Shown here: piece by piece, positions 10,359 through 19,835 of the stretch
How positions within the stretch are numbered: position 1 is the stretch's first letter
How the letters are laid out: every line of letters begins with the position of its first letter
Assembly (NCBI GenBank): GCA_965208575.1
Contig: CBDBOV010000004.1
Span: forward strand, 1,280,001-1,344,000
Direction: 5' to 3'
Source: Spirochaetia bacterium
Lineage (GTDB): Bacteria > Spirochaetota > Spirochaetia > SZUA-6 > Bin103
DNA length: 64,000 bases
The notes under the pieces: generated by a model
Told to the model about the DNA's origin: nothing
Database searches by the model: none
What the model saw: the letters and a program-made list of their open reading frames with translations, nothing else
Program-made: the position numbers and the translations under genes

Positions 10359-11552
10359 ATGGACGATAGACGGTATCGAGCGGCGCTCATCGGGCTGGGC
10401 CGGATCGCGGACACGATCGACGACGAGGTCGTGGGCAGCGGCTGGCTGGAGCCGTTCAGCCACATGGGCAGCTACATGGACGTGCCACAGGTGGTGGTGG
10501 CCGGCGCCGCCGACAAGTACCGCGAGCAACGGGAGGCGTTCGGACGGCGCTGGGGCGTTCCCGAGGACAAGCTGTACGAGGACTACCGGGAGATGCTGGA
10601 GCGCGAGCGACCCGACATCGTGAGCGTGTGCACCCACGTCGCGCCGCGCGCGGAGATCACGCAGGAGATCGCCCGCATGGTGCGCGAGGGACGCACCGGC
10701 GTGAAGTGCATCTGGGTCGAGAAGCCGATGGCGACCTCGCTGCAGGAGGCCGACGCCATGGTCGAGGCGTGCCGGGAGGCGGGCGTCATCCTGATGTTGA
10801 ATGCCATGCGCGCCTCCGACGTGTACTACCGCCGGGCGCGCGCGCTGATCGACGAAGGGGCGCTGGGCAGGATGCTGCAGGTCACCGCACACGGCTCCGG
10901 GCCGCTGGCGCACATGGGCGTCCACTGGATCGGCGCCATGTGCGTGCTGGCCGGCGGCAGCGAGCGGGTGTCGTGGCTGGTGGGCGAGGCGGAGAGCGAC
11001 GAGAAGGCGCACAACGGCGGCGACCTTGCCGGCAACGCCTACCTGGCGTTCGAAAGCGGCGCCCGGGGATTCTGCCGGATGATGCCGAGCGGCGCGTCCA
11101 CCTGGACGCTGGACGCCATCGGCGAGCAGGGTACGATTTCCATTCGCAACGGCAACGAGGGCTACGAGTTCGAGCTGTGGCGGATGGGGGAGGTGGTCAA
11201 TGGCGCCCGGCCGACCCCGGTGCGGTACGTGTTCCCGCGCCCGCAGCGCATCTGGAGCGCCGGGGTCGGGCAGGTCAAGGACGCCATCGCCTGCATCGAG
11301 ACCGGCAAGACGCCCAACTGCTCCGGCGACATGGGCCGCCACCTGCTGGAAATCGCCATCGCGATTCGCGAGTCGCACCTCGGCGGCAACGTCCGCGTCG
11401 ACCTGCCGCTCGCCGACCGCAGCCTCGCGCTACGCAGAGAGTCGGACGACACCCCCGCCGCGCTCGCCAACCGCGGCCGCCCCGACCCCACGCACCTGCT
11501 CGCCACCATCGCCCGCCGCGAAGGCGTCGACAAGCGGCGCTCGCTCTCATAG
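10359..11552 (+). CDS. Gfo/Idh/MocA-family oxidoreductase
   Basis: IGLGRIA Rossmann motif, PDIVSVCT, VEKPMATS and HMGVHW. Confidence 0.9.
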   Translation: MDDRRYRAALIGLGRIADTIDDEVVGSGWLEPFSHMGSYMDVPQVVVAGAADKYREQREAFGRRWGVPEDKLYEDYREMLERERPDIVSVCTHVAPRAEITQEIARMVREGRTGVKCIWVEKPMATSLQEADAMVEACREAGVILMLNAMRASDVYYRRARALIDEGALGRMLQVTAHGSGPLAHMGVHWIGAMCVLAGGSERVSWLVGEAESDEKAHNGGDLAGNAYLAFESGARGFCRMMPSGASTWTLDAIGEQGTISIRNGNEGYEFELWRMGEVVNGARPTPVRYVFPRPQRIWSAGVGQVKDAIACIETGKTPNCSGDMGRHLLEIAIAIRESHLGGNVRVDLPLADRSLALRRESDDTPAALANRGRPDPTHLLATIARREGVDKRRSLS

Positions 11553-11782
11553 CACCCGGGTGGACCGGGGCGCCACACCGTGAGATGCGCGGCGCCCGGC
11601 CGGCGGCGACGCCAACGAGGATGGCGACCCGGGCCGTCCTCGCATTCGAAGCAGGCGGGGTCGCGCCACGGGCTGTCAGAGTTCCGGGCGTCGGGCCCAA
11701 CGCGAAGTGCGCGTCGCGGAAGAGGCACATCTTGCATTGCCCAGACGCCGCATCCCCCGTAGGAAACCGGTGCCTGCGCGGC

Positions 11783-13269
11783 TCAGAACGGCGGCCTTGC
11801 GCCTGACGTGGCTGCCGCCGCCCGAACCAGTTGGCGGCGGCGCTGGCTGGCGCGCACTTCGCGGTCGATGCGGCGCCAGTCCCAACGGCGCAGCAGGGCG
11901 GCGGTCATGTGTTGCTGCACGCCGGCGGCGGCGGGGTCGCCGGCCAGGTTGGTGAACTCGCCGGGATCGCTCACCACGTCGTACAGTTCCGGCTCCAGGT
12001 CCTCGGCGCCGGACAGGCACAACTTCCAGCGCCCCCGCCGCAGCATCGCACGCGCCCGGTCGGTGCCGTGCGCGGTGTGCTCGGCGAACGCTTCGTCGCG
12101 CCACTCGGGGTCGGGGCCGGCCAGCAGGCCGGCCAGGCTGCGGCCATCCATCGGCGCCGCCGGGGAAGCCGCGCCGGCTGCCGCGGCGATGGTCGCGGAC
12201 ACGTCCACCAGCGATACGCACTCACCCACCCGGCGCCCGGCCGCCGCGCGGCCCGGCCAGCGAATCTGCAGCGGGACGCGCGCGGACTGCTCGTAGAAGC
12301 TCATCTTGCGCCACAGGCCGTGCTCGCCGAGCATCTCGCCGTGGTCGCTGGTGTGGATCACCACGGTGTCATCGGCCAGTCCCAGCTCGTCGAGTGCCTC
12401 CAGGAGCTGGCGCAGCTTGTCGTCGGCGTAGCTTACCAGCCCGTAGTAGGCGGCCCGCGCCCGGCGCACCTCCGCGTCGCTGTGGCCGTGGAAGCCGCGC
12501 GGCGCAGCCGGCGCGCCGCCGCCGGCAGCACATCCAGGTGTCCTTCCGGCAGGTCAGGCAGGTCGGCGTGGTGCGGGAAGTACTGCGAGAAGAACGGCTC
12601 CGGCACCACGAACGGGAAGTGCGGCGCGATCAGGCCCACGCACAGCGCGAATGGCCGCGCCCCGGTGCCGTGCGCCCGCGCACGCAGGTACGCAAGCGCC
12701 GCATCGACCGCCTCGTCGTCGGCATCGATCTCCGGGGTGCGCCCCGGCCCGGTCGGCGGGGTGGCCGCATCCTCGCCCGCGGACGCCGGTTCCTCTCCAT
12801 CCGGACCCGGAGGCACACGCGAATCCGTGCGCACCACGCCCGGCCATGGCTCGCGCGCCTCCGGCACGCCGTCGTCCCAGGAAAAGATCGGGTGCTGCAG
12901 TTCGATGTGCAGGTCGCGCGCCAACTGCTCGTCGAAACCGTGCAGGGGATCGTCGCCGACCAGGTGCATCTTGCCCGCCAGCGCCACGTCGTAGCCGGCG
13001 GCGCCGAGCAGGTGCGGCCAGGTTACCGCGTCGGCCGCCAGCGGGGTGGCGTTGTCCCAGCCGCGGCAGCGGTGAGTGTACTGCCCGGTCAGAAACGAGA
13101 GCCGCGACGGCACGCACAACGGGTTGTTGCAGTACGCGGCGTCGAAGGTCACGCCCTCCACCGCCAGCCGGTCCATGGCCGGCGTCGCGACTGACGGGTG
13201 GCCGTACGTGTCGCTGAACTGCGCACCGTGCTCGTCGGTCATCAGCACCAGGATGTTCGGCCGGCTCAC
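11783..13269 (-). pseudogene. Choline-sulfatase-like sulfatase, frameshifted near 12495
   Basis: RPNILVLMTDEH, CVPSR and GKMH in one frame; GFHGHSDAEVRRARAAYYG...SDHGEMLGEHGLW in another. Confidence 0.85.
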
Positions 13270-13290
13270 GAGCCCGGTGTTACCACGCTC

Positions 13291-13668
13291 TTATGCACTA
13301 CTTGCCGCCAACTCCTGGGGCGCTTTGCTGACCCACTCCGGTGCATACAGCAATACCGGCGCGACATCGTCATCGTCCCACAGCGGCGAGTCCTGGCACC
13401 AGTAGAAGAAGTGAGCGATACGGTCGTCGCTAATCGGCTTTTGTTTGGATCCACCGGTCTTGCTATAGACGACGACGATGTCGCCGGCAGAGGCGGCCTT
13501 GTAAGGGAACCAGAAGGTGTTCAGGATCTCAGTGGTGACCTGATCATCCTCGAATCCTGTCCGAACAAGCATGAAGTCACCCAGATCCACGTCTCCGAGA
13601 ACCCGAAACACAAGCCGCTCATGATCCAAGTCACCCTTGTCTACCACGAATTGAATCCGAATTTTCAC
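13291..13668 (-). CDS. Hypothetical beta-rich protein (about 125 aa), lower GC than its neighbours
   Basis: Protein-like ORF (DKGDLDHERLVFRV...FWFPYK...DIVVVYSK...HFFYW); GTG start preceded by AGAGGA. Confidence 0.7.
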   Translation of the reverse strand: MKIRIQFVVDKGDLDHERLVFRVLGDVDLGDFMLVRTGFEDDQVTTEILNTFWFPYKAASAGDIVVVYSKTGGSKQKPISDDRIAHFFYWCQDSPLWDDDDVAPVLLYAPEWVSKAPQELAASSA

Positions 13669-13867
13669 CTCAAGCCGATCCTCTTGAACAGGCGGCCGCC
13701 ATACGGCCGCCCTTCTTGCTATCGGATGAACTGTGATCTCGATCGGAGGGCTCACGGTCCTCCCGACGTGCGCGGCTCGGGCGCCGCTCCCCTCTGTCAC
13801 GCGGAGCCAAGCGAGTAGCTGTCCCTCATCTTCCGTTGGCATCATATTAGCGCACCCGGCCCGGCGG

Positions 13868-14005
13868 TCAAGGTGGGTACTCAGACCTTATCTGACGATG
13901 TGCTACATCGCTGCCGCTGAACTGGGCGCCGTGCTCGTCGGTCATCAGCAGCAGGAAGTTGGGTGGGCGGGCGGTTGCAGCGGCGGCAGGACGCGGGCCG
14001 CTCAC
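13868..14005 (-). pseudogene. 5' remnant of a sulfatase gene
   Basis: RPPNFLLLMTDEHGAQFS matches the start of the 13269 sulfatase (42/46 nt); its GTG overlaps the transaldolase stop. Confidence 0.75.
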
Positions 14006-14727
14006 GGCCCTTGCCGCACCACTCCGTCGAGGAGGCCGGCTTCCTCCATCTGGCGCCACTCGCCGGCGAAGGTGTCGTTCCAGGTGGCGGTGAGGGAGTG
14101 TTCCAGCATGGCCTGGAAGATCGGCCAGAACACGATGATGCCGTCGGCGCCGGCGGCCAGCGCCGCGGTCGCCGTCTCCACCGAGCGCACCAGGGCGGCA
14201 GTCACGAACGGGCGCTGCTGCCACGGTGCGAACATGGCAGCGCACTCGCGCACCAGCTTGCCCGGGTCGCCGCCCATCTCCCGAACCGGCTCGCAGAACG
14301 GCAGTACGTGGGTGGCGCCCGCCCGCGCCGCGGCCGCGGCCTGGCCGAGCGAGAACACGGTGGTGCAGAAGGTGGTTACCCCCTCCTCCGCCAACGGCCC
14401 GAAGGCGCCGAGGCCGTGCGCCGTGCACGGGATCTTGATCGCGATCTGCGGCGACAGGGCGGTGAACACGCGGCTCACCTCCAGCAGTTCCTCGGTGGTG
14501 TGGCCCTCCACCTCGATCACCACCAGCTTGTCGGTAATGTCCAGGTAGCGGCGCGTCACTTCCAGCAGGCCGCCGTACTTGGCCGCCAGCTCGCGCTGCA
14601 CCACCGTGTTGGTCACGATGCCCGCCGCGCCGCGGGCCAGCCACTCGCCAAGATCCGCGGGATCGCCGGCCAGCCAGACGCCGGGGCCGGGGCGGCTGCT
14701 CAGTACTTCACTTACCGTCAAACTCAT
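14002..14727 (-). CDS. Transaldolase / fructose-6-phosphate aldolase family protein (divergent)
   Basis: GIVTN, IAIKIPCT (Schiff-base Lys), TTVFSLGQAAAAARAGA; GGAGAG RBS. Confidence 0.8.
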   Translation of the reverse strand: MSLTVSEVLSSRPGPGVWLAGDPADLGEWLARGAAGIVTNTVVQRELAAKYGGLLEVTRRYLDITDKLVVIEVEGHTTEELLEVSRVFTALSPQIAIKIPCTAHGLGAFGPLAEEGVTTFCTTVFSLGQAAAAARAGATHVLPFCEPVREMGGDPGKLVRECAAMFAPWQQRPFVTAALVRSVETATAALAAGADGIIVFWPIFQAMLEHSLTATWNDTFAGEWRQMEEAGLLDGVVRQGP

Positions 14728-14750
14728 CTCGTCTTCACCTCTCTCCGGGA

Positions 14751-16664
14751 TCAGTAGTGAAACCGCTGCAGGTCGGCTCGGTCGCGCTCGTACTCGGAGC
14801 GCAACGTCTGCGTCACCTCGCTGCGGCTCACCTCGGCCGGGGCGACGTCCCACCAGGTATCCGCGCCCGGCACGTAGCGGTGCTTCTCCACCTCGCACAC
14901 GATCACGCAGGAACCGGTCTCGGCACGCGCCTCGCGCAGCGCGCCGCGCACCTGCTCCGGTGTGGCCGCGTTCCAAGCGCGCGCCCCCATGCCGCGGGCG
15001 ATCGCGGCAATGTCGACCGGCAGATAGCCGCCCTCCAGGCGCGGCCCGCCGTCCGCGGACGCAGCGCCGTTCTCCTCGCCGCCGCGGGCGCGGAACTCGT
15101 TGCCGAACGCGTGCCCGGTGCGCCACATCTGCAGGCGCCGGATCACCTGGAAACCGTGGTTGTCGATCACCACCACCGTCACCTTGAGCTGCTCCTGCAG
15201 CGCCGTGATCAGCTCCATCGGGTTGAGCAGGAAAGTGCCGTCGCCGATGTACACGAACACCTCGCCGGCGCTGCCGGTACCGCCGGCCGCCATGCGCACG
15301 CCGAGGCCGGCGGGCAACTCGTAGCCCATGCAGGAGAAGCCGAACTCGATGTGGCAGCGGCTGCCGTTGCTGCCGTCCCACAGCTTGAGGATGTTGCCGG
15401 GCGGCGCCCCGGCGGCTGCCACCACGACGTCGTCGCCCTGCGACTCCGCGTTCAGCACCTCGATCACCTGTCCCTCGCTCATCACCTCGCCCGCGTGATC
15501 GCCGTAGGCGTCGCTGCGCACGACCTTGTCCCAGTCCTGCTGCGCCTCGGCGACCCGTTCGCCGTAGCCGGGAAATGCCACCGCGGCGCTCTGCCCGGCG
15601 GCCAGCAGCGCCTCCAGCGCCAGGCGCGCGTCCGCCACCACCGGCAGCGCGCCCTGCTTGAAGGCGTCCAGCGCGCACACGTTGACGGCGATGAAGCGCA
15701 CCTCGGGGTCGTGGAACAGGCTCTGCGACGCGGTGGCGAAGTCGCTCATGCGGGTGCCCACCGCAATCACCAGGTCCGCCTCCTCGGCGATGCGCGCCGC
15801 CGCGCTGGTGCCCTCCACCCCATGGCCGCCGAGCGACCACTCCGGCGCGCCGCGCAATGCCCCCTTGCCGGCATGGGTCTCGCTCACCGGGATGCCGAAC
15901 CCGGTGGCCACCGCACGCAGCGCATCCCACGCCGCCGAATAGTGCACGCCGCCGCCGGCGATGATCACCGGGCGCCTGGCGGCGCGCAGCATGGCGACCG
16001 CCTCCTCGATGCGCTCCGCGGCCGGCGGCCGGCGCTCGATGCGCCACGTGCGCGGAGCGAAGAAGTGGCTCGGATAGTCCCAGGCGTGCGCCTGCACGTC
16101 CTGCGGCAGCGACAGCGTCACCGCGCCGGTCTCGGCCGGGTCGGTGAGCACCCGCATCGCCTGCGGCAGCGCGGTAAGGAGCTGCTCGGGCCGGGTGATG
16201 CGGTCGAAGAACCGGCTCACCGGACGGAAGCAATCGTTCACGCTCACGTCCGCCGCGGAGGGATGCTCCAACTGCTGCAGCACCGGCCCCTGGTGGCGGG
16301 TGGCGTAGTAGTCGGAGGCGAGCAGCAGCACCGGCATGCGGTTGATGGTAGCGGTGGCCGCGCCGGTCACCATGTTGGTGGCGCCGGGCCCGATCGAGCT
16401 GGTGCACGCCAGCGTCTGGGTGCGCAGCGTGGCGCGCGCAAAGCCGGCCGCGGTGTGCACCATCGACTGCTCGTTGCGGGTCTGGTGGTAAGGCAGCTCT
16501 GCCCCGCCCTGCTCCAGCGCCTGCCCGAGGCCGCACACGTTGCCATGCCCGAAGATGCCGAAGATGGCCGGGATCAGCCGCCGCCGCTCACCGTCGAATT
16601 CGCTGTACTGAGCCGCCAGGTACTTCACAAGAGCCTGCCCCATGGTCAGGCGTTCGGTCCCCAT
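14751..16664 (-). CDS. iolD: 3D-(3,5/4)-trihydroxycyclohexane-1,2-dione acylhydrolase
   Basis: RLTMGQALVKYL, GIFGHGNVCGLGQAL, NEQSMVH, EFGFSCMGYE, GDG TPP motif and WWDV. Confidence 0.95.
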   Translation of the reverse strand: MGTERLTMGQALVKYLAAQYSEFDGERRRLIPAIFGIFGHGNVCGLGQALEQGGAELPYHQTRNEQSMVHTAAGFARATLRTQTLACTSSIGPGATNMVTGAATATINRMPVLLLASDYYATRHQGPVLQQLEHPSAADVSVNDCFRPVSRFFDRITRPEQLLTALPQAMRVLTDPAETGAVTLSLPQDVQAHAWDYPSHFFAPRTWRIERRPPAAERIEEAVAMLRAARRPVIIAGGGVHYSAAWDALRAVATGFGIPVSETHAGKGALRGAPEWSLGGHGVEGTSAAARIAEEADLVIAVGTRMSDFATASQSLFHDPEVRFIAVNVCALDAFKQGALPVVADARLALEALLAAGQSAAVAFPGYGERVAEAQQDWDKVVRSDAYGDHAGEVMSEGQVIEVLNAESQGDDVVVAAAGAPPGNILKLWDGSNGSRCHIEFGFSCMGYELPAGLGVRMAAGGTGSAGEVFVYIGDGTFLLNPMELITALQEQLKVTVVVIDNHGFQVIRRLQMWRTGHAFGNEFRARGGEENGAASADGGPRLEGGYLPVDIAAIARGMGARAWNAATPEQVRGALREARAETGSCVIVCEVEKHRYVPGADTWWDVAPAEVSRSEVTQTLRSEYERDRADLQRFHY

Positions 16665-16839
16665 GGGCGCTACCTTACGGCCCCGCTCGGCGCAGCGTCA
16701 AACGATCAGCGCAGGCCGCGGCGCCGGCAGATCATGTCAGCAGCTTTCTCCCCGGTCGCAGTGGGGTCATCACACTCACGAGCCGGAAGCCACGCTCCTC
16801 GAAGTGCGGATCGAAAGCGAATGCCAGATCCTCCTTGGA

Positions 16840-16912
16840 TGGGCGATGACGGGCTCGAACCGCCGACCGCCTGGGTGTAAACCAGGTGCTCTACCATCTG
16901 AGCTAACCGCCC
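16840..16912 (-). tRNA. tRNA-Val(TAC)
   Basis: GGGCGGTTAGCTCAGATGGTAGAGCACCTGGTTTACACCCAGGCGGTCGGCGGTTCGAGCCCGTCATCGCCCA folds as a cloverleaf with anticodon TAC. Confidence 0.96.
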
Positions 16913-16938
16913 GCACGCGCTTTCGCAGCGCCCGCAGC

Positions 16939-16968
16939 AAGCTATCCATCGCGCGTGCGTCCTGTCAA
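16939..16968 (-). promoter_or_regulatory. tRNA promoter
   Basis: TTGACA-18 nt-TAGCTT upstream of the tRNA. Confidence 0.6.
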
Positions 16969-17088
16969 ACCGGCGCGCGTCCGTCGCACCCTCGCGGGGG
17001 CGAGCGGCGGATTCGACACCGTGTCCGATATTTCCCGGAGCCGGTGAACCCGTCCGCCTCCGGTGCCGAGCATAAGGATAGAACCTCC

Positions 17089-18264
17089 ATGGACTCCATA
17101 CTCGCGCGGCTGTTCGATACGCCCTTCAGCTTCGAGGCGTTCGACTCAGTCTTCACACCGCTCGCCCTGCTGTTGAGACTGATCCTGCCGCTCGGCGGCG
17201 CCTTCCTGTTGTACCGGCTGCTGCTGACCCTGCTGCGGCGCAAGATCGGGCACCTGCGCGCGCAGTTCGACACCGCGCAGCGCCTGTACCGCTACGTGCG
17301 CGCCGTGCTGCGCATCCTGCTGATCGCGCTCGCCCTGCTGCTGGTCTACGGCCTGTTCGGCACCGACGCCAGCCGCGGCGCGGTGGTCTTGTGGAACATC
17401 CTGTCGACGCCGATCATCGAGACCGCCGGCAGTTCGATCTCGCTGGTCACGGTGATCTTCGCCATCCCCATCGGTTACGTGGCGGTGTGGACCGCGCGCA
17501 CCGGTTCCGGGTTCCTGAAGACGCGCGCCCTGTCGCGCCTGCCGCTGACCGATGCCACCCGGTTCTCGATCGGCGGCATCACTCACTACCTGATCCTGAG
17601 CGTCACCCTGGTGATCGGGCTGTCGTTTCTGGGCGTGAACCTGTCCACCTTCTCGGTGCTGATCGGCACCCTCGGCATCGGCATCGGCTTCGGCCTGCAA
17701 AACGTGGTCGCGAGTTTCGTGTCCGGGCTGGTGATCATCTTCGAACGCCCCATCAAGGAGGGCGACCGGGTCGTGGTGGAAGGCACCGAGGGCGACGTGG
17801 CACACATTCGCCTGCGTTCCACCATCATCACCACGCTCACCGACGAGACCATCATCGTGCCCAACCACCAGCTCGTGGGCAACAAGATCTACAACAACTC
17901 GCACGAGGTGCGGCGCATCACGGTGATCAACCACGTGAGCGTGGCGTACGGCACGGATCTCGACTTCGCAGCCGAGGTGCTCAAGGGAGTGGCGCTGGCC
18001 AGTCCGTACGCGCGCGCGTCTGCGGAACCGGACGTCCGGGTGCGCGAGTTCGCGGACTCCGGCATCCTGATGGAGTTGTGGACCGGCATCGAGGATGCCG
18101 GCACCAAGTGGCCGGCGCACTCCTGGGCCAACTTCGAGATCGCCCGCGCGTTCCGCCGCGCCGGCATCACCATCCCCTTCCCGCAACGCGATCTCCATGT
18201 CAAGGAGTTGCCGGCCGGCGCGACCGGCGTGGATCTGAAGCCGGTCCCCTCCGCCGCCGAGTAG
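17089..18264 (+). CDS. Small-conductance mechanosensitive channel family protein
   Basis: GIGIGFGLQNVVASFVSG, ERPIKEGD, IIVPN, VAYGTD and IPFPQRD. Confidence 0.92.
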   Translation: MDSILARLFDTPFSFEAFDSVFTPLALLLRLILPLGGAFLLYRLLLTLLRRKIGHLRAQFDTAQRLYRYVRAVLRILLIALALLLVYGLFGTDASRGAVVLWNILSTPIIETAGSSISLVTVIFAIPIGYVAVWTARTGSGFLKTRALSRLPLTDATRFSIGGITHYLILSVTLVIGLSFLGVNLSTFSVLIGTLGIGIGFGLQNVVASFVSGLVIIFERPIKEGDRVVVEGTEGDVAHIRLRSTIITTLTDETIIVPNHQLVGNKIYNNSHEVRRITVINHVSVAYGTDLDFAAEVLKGVALASPYARASAEPDVRVREFADSGILMELWTGIEDAGTKWPAHSWANFEIARAFRRAGITIPFPQRDLHVKELPAGATGVDLKPVPSAAE

Positions 18265-18312
18265 CCCGCCGGCAGCATTTGTGCAAGGGGTCGCCTATCC
18301 GTATATTGCCGG

Positions 18313-19686
18313 ATGATGGATAAGCTGAAGGTCTGCCGGAAGGCTGGTTTCGGTGCCCGCGTGGGCGTCGTCGGAATCGTGTTGGGAGTGCTGGCCGGCA
18401 CGCCGGTATACGCGCAGGATGCATCGGTAGCGACGCAGATCGCCGACCTCGTCACCGGCATCAACACGGTGTGGGTGCTGATGGCGGCCTTCCTGGTGTT
18501 CCTGATGCAGGCCGGCTTCGGCATGCTGGAGGCGGGCCTGATCCGCGCCAAGAACACCGCCAACATCCTGATGAAGAACCTGATGGACTTCTGCATGGCG
18601 TCGCTCGGCTTCTTCATCTTCGGCTACGCGATCATGTTCGGCTCCGGCAACCCGCTGTTCGGCACCACCGGCTGGTTCCTGATCGGCGCCGAGTCGGCCC
18701 CCGGCGTGCCGCTGTACGCGTTCTGGCTGTTCCAGGCGGTGTTCGTCGGCGCCGCCGCCACCATCGTGGCCGGCGGCATGGCCGAGCGCATGAAATTTCC
18801 GGCCTACGTGATCTACTCGTTCCTGATCTCGGCGTTCGTCTACCCGATCGTCGGCCACTGGATCTGGGGCGGCGGCTGGCTGGCCAGCATGGGCTTCGCC
18901 GACTTCGCCGGCTCCACGGTGGTGCACGCGGTCGGCGGCTGGGCGGCGTTCATCGGCACCCGCGCGCTCGGTCCGCGGATCGGCAAGTTCGGTCCCGACG
19001 GCAAGCCCAACGTGATCAGCGCCCACTCGCTGCCGCTGGCGTCGCTGGGCATGTTCCTGCTGTGGTTCGGCTGGTTCGGCTTCAATCCCGGCTCCACCCT
19101 CGGCGTCGGAGACGGCTCGCTGATCGCACGCGTGGCGATCAACACCAACCTGGCCGCCGCGGCGGGCGCCATTGCCGCTACCGCGACGGTATGGATCGTG
19201 GCCGGCAAGCCCGACCTCACCATGGGCATGAACGGCGCGCTCGCCGGACTGGTGGCGATTACCGCGCCGTGTGCGTTCGTGGAGCCGGGGCACGCCATCA
19301 TCATCGGTCTGATCGGCGGGGTCATCGTCGTGTTCGGCGTGCTGTTCCTGGACCGCCGCCGCGTCGACGACCCGGTCGGGGCGATCGCCGTGCATGGCAT
19401 GAACGGCATCTGGGGCACGGTCGCCGTGGGCATCTTCGGCCAGGCCGCCCTCGGCGTGGCCAACGACGGCCTGTGGTTCGGCGGCGGCTTTACCCAGGTG
19501 GGCATCCAACTGCTCGGCACGGTGACCGTGAGCGTGTTCATCATCGTGGTGATGGGGCTGATCTTCAAGCTGATCGACGCCGTCGTCGGGCTGCGCGTGC
19601 CGCGCAACGAGGAACTCAAGGGCCTCGACGTGGCCGAGCACGGCACCGAGGCGTACGGCGGCTTCCAGGTGTTCACTACCGAGTAG
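18313..19686 (+). CDS. amtB: Ammonium transporter
   Basis: MQAGFGMLEAG, DFAGSTVVH, WFGWFGFNPGS, DDPVGAIAVH; both pore histidines present. Confidence 0.95.
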   Translation: MMDKLKVCRKAGFGARVGVVGIVLGVLAGTPVYAQDASVATQIADLVTGINTVWVLMAAFLVFLMQAGFGMLEAGLIRAKNTANILMKNLMDFCMASLGFFIFGYAIMFGSGNPLFGTTGWFLIGAESAPGVPLYAFWLFQAVFVGAAATIVAGGMAERMKFPAYVIYSFLISAFVYPIVGHWIWGGGWLASMGFADFAGSTVVHAVGGWAAFIGTRALGPRIGKFGPDGKPNVISAHSLPLASLGMFLLWFGWFGFNPGSTLGVGDGSLIARVAINTNLAAAAGAIAATATVWIVAGKPDLTMGMNGALAGLVAITAPCAFVEPGHAIIIGLIGGVIVVFGVLFLDRRRVDDPVGAIAVHGMNGIWGTVAVGIFGQAALGVANDGLWFGGGFTQVGIQLLGTVTVSVFIIVVMGLIFKLIDAVVGLRVPRNEELKGLDVAEHGTEAYGGFQVFTTE

Positions 19687-19770
19687 AACTCGGTTTCGAG
19701 TAGAACTCGGTTTCGAGCGACTTCAGTTTCCGGGTAGAACTCGGTTTCGAGCAGGGCTGGTTTCGAGTGA
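19681..19770. repeat. Degenerate tandem repeat, about 5 units of 16-18 bp
   Basis: GAGTAGAACTCGGTTTC twice exactly (19681-19714), then three degenerate units ending in GTTTC. Confidence 0.85.
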
Positions 19771-19835
19771 CCCGCTCGTCCGAGTAAGCAGGAAGCTGCG
19801 GTGGGGTCTGTCGCCTCGGCAGACTCCGGTCCGCT

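Noticed and set aside
16840-16912. tRNA-Val as the attachment site of the catabolic island
   Set aside because: No duplicated tRNA 3' end or integrase seen in the window; it could lie outside.
19681-19770. Possible CRISPR array
   Set aside because: Units are 16-18 bp and contiguous, with no unique spacers and no cas genes.
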